Below, piece after piece: positions 39,023 to 45,631 of a DNA stretch of 45,631 nucleotides (position 1 is its first letter; each line of letters begins with the position of its first letter). The translations under genes and the position numbers were made by a program. This DNA is from an uncultured Dictyoglomota bacterium. GTDB taxonomy: Bacteria > Dictyoglomota > Dictyoglomia > Dictyoglomales > Dictyoglomaceae. Below the pieces are notes generated by a model. It saw nothing but the letters and a program-made list of their open reading frames with translations, had not been told where the DNA came from and ran no database searches. The stretch spans positions 1 to 45,631 of the forward strand of contig CAZZIO010000044.1 in the NCBI GenBank assembly GCA_964654465.1. The letters are read 5' to 3'.

Positions 39023-40936
39023 TTATGGAGTATTTGTTTGATTAGAGGTTTCTGTAACAGGTACAGAATATTCTATTAAGAAATCAAAATCTCTTGGAGG
39101 AATATCTTTAAGAGCATTACTCATAAATTCTTTCCATGACATAGCTGGGAGTAGCCCGCCAGGTACTTTATTTGTAGGGGTGTAATCATCGTTACCCATC
39201 CAGACCCCAGTGCAAAGATCTGGAGTAAAACCTATAAACCAAGCATCTCTATAATCATCTGTTGTTCCTGTCTTTCCTGCTGCAGGTCTGCCAATATTTG
39301 CTCTTTTTCCTGTACCTTTTGTTATTACTTGTTTCATCATTTTGACAAGTGTTGATATTACATCTCTTTCAATAACAGGTGTGGTTTCAGGAATTGCATT
39401 ATATATTATATTTCCATTATTGTCTTCTACTCTCAAGATCGCTATAGGAGTAATTCTGTTTCCTCCGTTTGCAAAACTAGAATAAGCTCTTACCATTTCG
39501 TATAAGGTTACACCTGAAGTACCAAGAGCAAGTGCTAAACTTGGTTCTAAAGGACTCTCTATTCCAAGTTTTCTTGCATTTTTAATTACGTCACCTACGC
39601 CTATTTCCTCTAATAGGAGTATGGTTGCTATATTATATGAATTTTCTAATGCTTCTTGAAGTGTAACGGTACCATGTATTTTCCCATCATAGTTTTTGGG
39701 TTTCCATTCCTTTTTATTAAAAGTATAGGTTAATTCTTTTTCTTCAATCAAATCCCATGGTCTAAAACCTTTTTGAAGAGCAGTCAAGTATACGAATGGT
39801 TTAAATGCTGACCCAGGTTGTCTTACAGCCATATAGACTCTATCAAATTGACTTTTACTATAATCTAAACCACCCACCCATGCTTTGATGTATCCAGTAT
39901 TGGGATCTAAGCAAAACAAAGCTCCCTGGGTTACGTTATATTTTTTCCCATATTCATTTATAATTTTTAAAAGTGCTTTTTCAGCCATATCTTGAATTTT
40001 TGTGTCTATAGTTGTGTAGACTTTAAGTCCGCCTTCATATACCATATCTTTTCCAAATCTTTTAATGAGGTCTTTTAATACAAAATCAAAAAAATAAGGA
40101 GCTATATAACCAGAGCTTGGATTATTTCTTTTCACAATGCCAAGAGGTGCTTTTATAGCTTTTTTATAGTCTTCTTCTGATATATACCCAAGATTGTACA
40201 TTTTCTCTATAACAATGTTTCTTAGCTTTAGAGCTAAATCAGGATTTCTATAGGGAGAATTAATTTCAGGTGCAGGAATAATACCAGCAAGAAGTGCTGA
40301 TTCAGGTATATTTAAGTCTATAGCGCTTTTTCCAAAATAAAATTGAGCTGCAGTTTCTGCTCCGTAAACTCCATGACCCCAATAAATAAGGTTTAAATAC
40401 ATTTCTAATATTTGTTGTTTTGTAAAATATCTTTCAAGTTGTAAAGCTATATATATTTTCTTTATCTTTTTCTTTATTGTTCTTTCTGGATTTAAAAATA
40501 ATAATTCTGCTAATTGTTGAGTTATAGTGCTTCCCCCTTGTTTTTTCTCTAAATGTAATAGATCAATAAGAGCTGCTCTTATAAGTCCCCTTAAGCTCAC
40601 ACCACTGTGATTATAAAATTCTTTATCTTCAGAGGCTACTACAGCTTGTTGCAAATAGGGAGAAATTTTATATAGAGGTACGTAAATTCTATTTTCCTTA
40701 TATATTTTTCCAAGTGTTTTATTATCAGAAGAGTATATTATAGTTGTTTGACTTGGTTTTATTTCCATCCATTTATCAATAGGTGGTACTTCTCTTATCA
40801 CTAAAAAAACATATATTGCTAAGGATAAGCCCAATAGTAAAATTAAACTAATAATAGCAATTAATATATATAAAAGATTTTTTTTCCATCTTTTTCCTTT
40901 TTTTATTGCGACTTCTTCTATGTATTTTTTAGTCAT
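39023..40936 (-). CDS. Class A penicillin-binding protein (GT51 transglycosylase plus transpeptidase)
   Basis: TM anchor, EDxxFxxHxG, GGSTITQQL, LEMYLN; TP motifs SAFK, SYN, KTG. Confidence 0.95.
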   Translation of the reverse strand: MTKKYIEEVAIKKGKRWKKNLLYILIAIISLILLLGLSLAIYVFLVIREVPPIDKWMEIKPSQTTIIYSSDNKTLGKIYKENRIYVPLYKISPYLQQAVVASEDKEFYNHSGVSLRGLIRAALIDLLHLEKKQGGSTITQQLAELLFLNPERTIKKKIKKIYIALQLERYFTKQQILEMYLNLIYWGHGVYGAETAAQFYFGKSAIDLNIPESALLAGIIPAPEINSPYRNPDLALKLRNIVIEKMYNLGYISEEDYKKAIKAPLGIVKRNNPSSGYIAPYFFDFVLKDLIKRFGKDMVYEGGLKVYTTIDTKIQDMAEKALLKIINEYGKKYNVTQGALFCLDPNTGYIKAWVGGLDYSKSQFDRVYMAVRQPGSAFKPFVYLTALQKGFRPWDLIEEKELTYTFNKKEWKPKNYDGKIHGTVTLQEALENSYNIATILLLEEIGVGDVIKNARKLGIESPLEPSLALALGTSGVTLYEMVRAYSSFANGGNRITPIAILRVEDNNGNIIYNAIPETTPVIERDVISTLVKMMKQVITKGTGKRANIGRPAAGKTGTTDDYRDAWFIGFTPDLCTGVWMGNDDYTPTNKVPGGLLPAMSWKEFMSNALKDIPPRDFDFLIEYSVPVTETSNQTNTP

Positions 40937-40945
40937 TTTTCCTCT

Positions 40946-40974
40946 TTGTACCTCCTTAAAACATATGGTATTAT
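40946..40974 (+). promoter_or_regulatory. Putative rapZ-yvcK promoter
   Basis: TTGTAC (40946-40951), 17 bp, extended -10 TGGTATTAT (40966-40974). Confidence 0.55.
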
Positions 40975-40976
40975 GT

Positions 40977-41006
40977 ATTATATAAAATCAGGGAAGGTTT
41001 TAACAA
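40977..41006 (-). promoter_or_regulatory. Putative promoter of the class A PBP gene
   Basis: Minus strand TTGTTA (41006-41001), 18 bp, TATAAT (40982-40977). Confidence 0.5.
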
Positions 41007-41007
41007 T

Positions 41008-41901
41008 ATGAAAGCAAAAACAGATAACTTTAGTCTTTACATTATTACAGGACTTTCAGGGGGAGGAAAGTCGCAAACATTACGTATATTAGAAGATTTA
41101 GGATTTTTCTGTGTGGATAATATACCTCCCAAGCTTGTTCCTACTCTTATAGAACTTTGTTTTTCTACTGATGGCAAAATATCAAGAATTGCTTTAGTTA
41201 TAGATATAAGAAGTGAAAATTTCTTAGAAGATTTTAGAGAAATGGTAGATAATATTAAAAAATTAAATGTTTACTATAAAATTTTATTTTTAGAAGCTGA
41301 GGATGAGGTTATAGTAAGAAGATATAATGAAACCCGACGTAGACATCCATTAGATAAAGAGGGTATAGGAATTTTCGAAAGTATAAAACTGGAAAGACAG
41401 AAATTATCAGAGATAAAAGAAATGGCAACCCATATAATTGATACTTCTAATATGAGTACTAAAAATCTTAAAGATAAGATACTTGAAATTGTATCCGAAG
41501 ATATTTCCAATGTTAAATTAAGATTCATGGTAGGAATTACTTCCTTTGGTTTTAAATATGGGGTACCTATTGATGCACATCTTGTTTTTGATGTGAGGTT
41601 TTTACCCAATCCATTCTATATTTTAGAGTTAAGACCTTTATCTGGTGAAAATGAAAAAATAAGAAATTATGTATTAGAAACTAAAGAAGCAAAAGAATTT
41701 TTAGATTACTTAAAAAGACTTTTAGATTTTTTAATTCCCCTTTATCAAGAGGAAGGAAGAACAAATCTTAATATTGCAATAGGGTGTACAGGTGGAAGAC
41801 ATAGGGCAGTAGTTATAGCAAATGAAATAGGGAATTATTTATCAGATAGGTATAATGTGAAAATTTTCCATAGAGATATAGATAAAGATATAAAAATATG
41901 A
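41008..41901 (+). CDS. rapZ: RNase adapter RapZ / YvcJ P-loop protein
   Basis: ITGLSGGGKS, CVDNIP, ETRRRHPL, SFGFKYG, DVRFLPNP, GCTGGRHR. Confidence 0.96.
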   Translation: MKAKTDNFSLYIITGLSGGGKSQTLRILEDLGFFCVDNIPPKLVPTLIELCFSTDGKISRIALVIDIRSENFLEDFREMVDNIKKLNVYYKILFLEAEDEVIVRRYNETRRRHPLDKEGIGIFESIKLERQKLSEIKEMATHIIDTSNMSTKNLKDKILEIVSEDISNVKLRFMVGITSFGFKYGVPIDAHLVFDVRFLPNPFYILELRPLSGENEKIRNYVLETKEAKEFLDYLKRLLDFLIPLYQEEGRTNLNIAIGCTGGRHRAVVIANEIGNYLSDRYNVKIFHRDIDKDIKI

Positions 41902-42872
41902 ATAAAATAAGAAATGTAACAGCTATTGGTGGGGGAACAGGTTTATCTAATATATTAAGAGGGTTAAAATATTATCCTCTTAATATAAGTGCTATTGTAA
42001 CTGTTAGTGATGATGGTGGAAGTTCAGGAAGACTTAGTGAAGAACTAGGTGTTTTACCTCCTGGAGATATACGTAATTGTCTTGTTGCTTTGGCAGATGA
42101 AGAATCGTTGATGGCAAAGCTATTTCAATATAGATTTAAAGAAGGAGGATTAAAAGAGCATTCTTTTGGGAACTTATTTTTAGTTGCTATGTCAGATATC
42201 TTAGGTGATTTCTTATTAGGTATAAAAGAAACAAGCAAAGTATTGGCCATAAGAGGTAAGGTATTGCCATCCACATTAAATCGTGTAAGGTTGAAAGCAA
42301 TTTTTGAGGATAACACTCAAATTATTGGAGAGACGGCTATTTCAAATTATAAAAAAAGCAGAATTAAGAAGATTGAATTGATACCAGTAAAAGATGGGGA
42401 AAAGATATGTGCAACCCCTGAAGCTATTTATGCATTAAAAAAATCAGATATTATAATTGTTGGTCCTGGAAGTTTATATACAAGTATAATTCCAAATCTT
42501 ATTCTTGATGAAATCAGAGAAACCTTGAAAAATATTTACTTAAATGATAAAGCTAAAATTATTTATATTTGTAATGTCATGACTCAGCCAGGAGAGACAA
42601 CAGGATATAAGGCTTCTGATCATTTAAAAGCTATCATTGAGCATATTGGTTTTAATATTTTTCATTATATAATTTTAAATAATAAAAAGCCAAAGGATGA
42701 TATACTTAAAAAATATCAAGAAAGTGGAGCTGATTTTGTTCATCCTGATATAGAAAATATTAGGGCTTTGAATGTGGAGATAATCTCTGGTGATTTTATT
42801 TCTGAAACAAACGTAGTAAGACACGATCCTTATAAAGTTTCCAATTTCCTTGTTAAAAATTTTATAGAATAA
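41898..42872 (+). CDS. yvcK: YvcK/GlmR family UDP-GlcNAc-binding protein
   Basis: IGGGTGL, DDGGSSG, PPGDIRN, HSFGNL, GPGSLYTSIIPN, RHDP. Confidence 0.95.
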   Translation: MNKIRNVTAIGGGTGLSNILRGLKYYPLNISAIVTVSDDGGSSGRLSEELGVLPPGDIRNCLVALADEESLMAKLFQYRFKEGGLKEHSFGNLFLVAMSDILGDFLLGIKETSKVLAIRGKVLPSTLNRVRLKAIFEDNTQIIGETAISNYKKSRIKKIELIPVKDGEKICATPEAIYALKKSDIIIVGPGSLYTSIIPNLILDEIRETLKNIYLNDKAKIIYICNVMTQPGETTGYKASDHLKAIIEHIGFNIFHYIILNNKKPKDDILKKYQESGADFVHPDIENIRALNVEIISGDFISETNVVRHDPYKVSNFLVKNFIE

Positions 42873-42886
42873 AATAGTTTTATAAA

Positions 42887-42914
42887 TTGACAAAAGATTG
42901 TAAAATTCTATAAT
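42887..42914 (+). promoter_or_regulatory. Consensus sigma70 promoter of the pgk-roadblock-tpiA-secG unit
   Basis: TTGACA (42887-42892), 16 bp, TATAAT (42909-42914); SD GGAGGAGG before pgk. Confidence 0.82.
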
Positions 42915-42944
42915 ATAAAGTTAATAAAGGGAGGAGGATTTTCT

Positions 42945-44135
42945 ATGCCGAAAAAGACCATTTTAGATTTGAAGGATGAGGAGCTTAAGGGAAAGCGTGT
43001 ATTTGTAAGGGTTGATTTTAATGTACCTATTAAAAATGGAATTATAACTGATGATAGAAGAATAAGAGAAGCTTTACCAACTATTAAATACTTAATAGAA
43101 AAAGGAGCAAAAGTTATTCTTGTGTCTCACCTCGGTAGACCAAAAGGTTTTCAAGATGACTTAAGATTAGATCCTGTTGCTAAAAGATTAAGTGAATTAC
43201 TCGGAAAACCTGTTAAGAAATTAAATGATTGTATTGGAGAAGAGGTAGAAAGAGAAGTTGCTAATATGAATCCTGGAGATGTGGTTCTTTTAGAAAATAT
43301 TAGATTCTATAAAGAAGAGGAAGCAAATGATCCTGAGTTTGCCAAGAAATTAGCAAAACTTGCTGATTTATATGTAAATGATGCCTTTGGTACTGCTCAT
43401 AGAGCACATGCATCAACAGCAGGTGTTGCTAATTATATTCCTGGTGTAGCTGGTTTGTTGATGAAAAAAGAGATTGAAATTATGGGTAAAGCCCTAGAGA
43501 ATCCCGATAGACCTTTTATTTGTATTTTGGGTGGAGCAAAGGTTTCTGATAAAATTGGTGTAATCCAAAATCTTGTGAATAAAGTGGATGTTTTGTTAAT
43601 TGGTGGAGGAATGATGTTCACTTTCCTTAAGGCATTGGGTTATGAGATAGGTAAATCTATTGTTGAAGAAGATAAACTTGATCTTGCAAAAGATTTGATG
43701 AATCTTGCCGAAGAAAAAGGAGTAAAATTTATTCTTCCTGTAGATGCTGTAGTTGTTAAAGAGATTAAGGAGGATGCTCCTACTACTATTAAAGATGTGG
43801 ATAAGTTTGATAAAGATGATATTGGAGTAGATATAGGACCAAAAACTATAGAACTATTTAGAGAGGAAATAATGAAAGCAAAGACAATTATATGGAATGG
43901 TCCTATGGGAATATTTGAAATACCTGCTTTTGCAAATGGAACAAAGAAAGTAGCTGAAGCTATCACAGAAAATAAAAATTGTGTAAGTATTGTGGGAGGA
44001 GGAGATACTGCAGCTGCCGTACAACTCTTTGGTTTAGAAGATAAATTTACTCATATCTCTACTGGGGGTGGAGCCTCTTTAGAGTTCTTGGAAGGAAAAG
44101 TTCTGCCGGGGGTGGCAGTTCTTCAAGATAAATAA
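42945..44135 (+). CDS. pgk: Phosphoglycerate kinase
   Basis: [58 protein letters not shown]. Confidence 0.99.
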   Translation: MPKKTILDLKDEELKGKRVFVRVDFNVPIKNGIITDDRRIREALPTIKYLIEKGAKVILVSHLGRPKGFQDDLRLDPVAKRLSELLGKPVKKLNDCIGEEVEREVANMNPGDVVLLENIRFYKEEEANDPEFAKKLAKLADLYVNDAFGTAHRAHASTAGVANYIPGVAGLLMKKEIEIMGKALENPDRPFICILGGAKVSDKIGVIQNLVNKVDVLLIGGGMMFTFLKALGYEIGKSIVEEDKLDLAKDLMNLAEEKGVKFILPVDAVVVKEIKEDAPTTIKDVDKFDKDDIGVDIGPKTIELFREEIMKAKTIIWNGPMGIFEIPAFANGTKKVAEAITENKNCVSIVGGGDTAAAVQLFGLEDKFTHISTGGGASLEFLEGKVLPGVAVLQDK

Positions 44136-44154
44136 TTAAAAAGAGGGGGATAAA

Positions 44155-44511
44155 TTGGCAACTATAAGAGAGACACTTGAAGAAATATCAAGATTAGATG
44201 GTGTGCAAGTTACGGTTTTGGTTAGTGACGATGGTTTAGTTATCGAAAGTGTAGGTAGAAATGGTTCAAATGCGGAACCGCTTGCGGCTGTTGCATCAGG
44301 AAGTTTAAGGGCATCAGAAATGATAGGGACAGAACTCGCAAAAGGAAGTACAAGAGAAATGGTTATTATATTTGAAGATGGAGCAGTATTCATAGTTCCA
44401 GTAGAAGGGAAACCTGCCATTCTCGTTGTAGTATCGAATAAAAGTGCTAATTTAGGTAAGATTAGAATAGGGATTAAAAAAGGAGTATTTCAATTGGCAA
44501 GAATAATATAA
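44155..44511 (+). CDS. Roadblock/LC7 (MglB-like) domain protein
   Basis: LEEI..LDGV...LVSDDGLVIES, LAAVAS, ANLGKIR; TTG start after GAGGGGG SD. Confidence 0.88.
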   Translation: MATIRETLEEISRLDGVQVTVLVSDDGLVIESVGRNGSNAEPLAAVASGSLRASEMIGTELAKGSTREMVIIFEDGAVFIVPVEGKPAILVVVSNKSANLGKIRIGIKKGVFQLARII

Positions 44512-44544
44512 TTTTTAATTATATTGAATTAGGAGGGAACAATC

Positions 44545-45294
44545 TTGAGAAAAAAGATTATTGCGGCTAACTGGAAGATGTACAAAACTTGTACAGAGAC
44601 AGAAAGTTTTATTGCTGAATTTAAAAATTTAGCAGGAAATTATGAAGAAAAGGAAGTAGTCATTTGTCCACCTTTTACTTCATTGTTTGTTGCCCAAAAC
44701 TTACTTAAGGATACACCATTTAAACTTGGGGCCCAAAATATGTTTTGGGAAAAAGAAGGTGCATATACAGGGGAAATATCTCCGGTAATGTTGAAGGATT
44801 TAAATTGTGAATATGTTATAATAGGTCATTCTGAGAGAAGGCAATATTTTTGTGAAACCAATGAAAATATAAATAAGAAAATAAAAACTGCTTTTAATTG
44901 GGGATTTACACCCATATTTTGTGTTGGTGAAAAATGGGAAGAGAGAGAAAAAGGTAAAACTGAAGACGTAATAAGAGAACAAGTAACTAAAGGATTAGAA
45001 GGACTTCCAATGGAAAATGTTGAAAAGATAGTTATTGCTTACGAACCAGTATGGGCAATTGGTACTGGTCATTCTGCAAAAGGAGAAGATGCAAATGAGG
45101 TTGCAAAATTGATAAGGGATATTATATCAACCCTATATAATAGTGATATTGCTAATAAAGTTAGAATACAATATGGGGGGAGCGTGAATCCTCAAAACAT
45201 AGTAGAGTTTTTAAGCCAGTCTGAAATTGATGGAGCCCTCGTTGGAGGAGCAAGCTTAAAACCTCAATCTTTTTGGGAAATTGTAAAATCATAG
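44545..45294 (+). CDS. tpiA: Triosephosphate isomerase
   Basis: AANWKM, GAYTGE, GHSERR, AYEPVWAIGTG, YGGSV, GALVGGASL; TTG start after AGGAGG. Confidence 0.99.
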   Translation: MRKKIIAANWKMYKTCTETESFIAEFKNLAGNYEEKEVVICPPFTSLFVAQNLLKDTPFKLGAQNMFWEKEGAYTGEISPVMLKDLNCEYVIIGHSERRQYFCETNENINKKIKTAFNWGFTPIFCVGEKWEEREKGKTEDVIREQVTKGLEGLPMENVEKIVIAYEPVWAIGTGHSAKGEDANEVAKLIRDIISTLYNSDIANKVRIQYGGSVNPQNIVEFLSQSEIDGALVGGASLKPQSFWEIVKS

Positions 45295-45310
45295 GAGAGG
45301 TGTAATAAAA

Positions 45311-45532
45311 ATGCAAGTATTATTGTATATAATTCACTTTTTAGTATCTTTGGGAATGATAGTAGTAATTCTTTTCCAATCAGAAGTTGGAGAAGGACTT
45401 GGCTTTATAGGGGGAGGAGAAACTACTTTTTATAAGGCCAAGCGTAAGATGGAGAAAGGATTAAAACAAGCGACTGTAGTTTTAGCTCTATTGTTTATGG
45501 TAACATCTGTTCTTATTTTTGTTCTCCATTAA
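45311..45532 (+). CDS. secG: Preprotein translocase subunit SecG
   Basis: Two TM helices linked by VILFQ...GLGFIGGG; follows tpiA. Confidence 0.9.
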   Translation: MQVLLYIIHFLVSLGMIVVILFQSEVGEGLGFIGGGETTFYKAKRKMEKGLKQATVVLALLFMVTSVLIFVLH

Positions 45533-45557
45533 ATAAATACATGGGAGGTGCTCTAAA

Positions 45558-45631
45558 ATGAGGAAAATTTTTTGGTTCTTTTTGTTAGTTTTTTTAATTT
45601 TTTCCATGATAGGTTTATCTGTAGCCCAAAC
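45558..45631 (+). CDS. Start of a secreted protein, truncated by window end
   Basis: SD GGAGGT, ATG 45558, MRKIFWFFLLVFLIFSMIGLSVAQ signal-peptide-like sequence, no stop before the edge. Confidence 0.7.
   Translation, partial: MRKIFWFFLLVFLIFSMIGLSVAQ

Noticed and set aside
39140..39175. GC-rich stretch in the PBP 3' region as a terminator for the his operon
   Set aside because: The stem is short and mismatched, and the sequence is explained by the encoded VPGGLLPA
44100..44560. Thermotoga-style pgk-tpi frameshift fusion or pgk readthrough
   Set aside because: About 410 bp with a separate gene intervene, stops follow pgk in the pgk and roadblock frames, and both downstream genes have their own SD
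3124..44982. The many 60-137 aa antisense or nested ORFs in the ORF track (e.g. 3124-3465, 23979-24329, 28515-28928, 41274-41609, 44136-44420)
   Set aside because: They lie within or opposite well-supported genes, show no recognisable motifs and look like shadow ORFs

Overview
An AT-rich (roughly 30% GC by eye), very gene-dense core-chromosome segment. Protein style and gene order suggest a thermophilic anaerobe such as Dictyoglomus (inference, not a database result). Order: end of a tRNA cluster (Lys, Leu, Gly); a nearly gap-free + strand run tig-clpP-clpX-valS-rnfCDGEAB-apbE-Gx/EetB-like-DUF4321-like-ftsX-M23 peptidase-ctpA-comEA-comEC-holA; rpsT (-); lepA-surE-hemW-ANTAR response regulator-wecA/tagO-mnmG-methyltransferase; FmdB-type zinc ribbon (-); lipoprotein-ROK kinase-pgsA; a secreted phosphodiester glycosidase (-); hisZGDCBHAF(IE); a class A PBP (-); rapZ-yvcK; pgk-roadblock/LC7-tpiA-secG; and a truncated ORF. 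I found no mobile element, CRISPR array, defence system or repeat family, and I cannot claim a wholly new multi-gene system. The best leads are subtle: (1) an FtsX lacking both an adjacent ftsE and the FtsE-coupling helix; (2) a class A PBP with an apparent reciprocal K/E swap in its glycosyltransferase motifs; (3) hisG apparently needing an ATT start; (4) a HisR-like operator on a consensus his promoter that shares its -35 with a divergent leaderless gene; (5) an Rnf-ApbE-Gx transporter module; (6) a non-RsmG methyltransferase coupled to mnmG; (7) an orphan roadblock gene between pgk and tpiA; (8) a probable rpsT terminator hidden inside holA.
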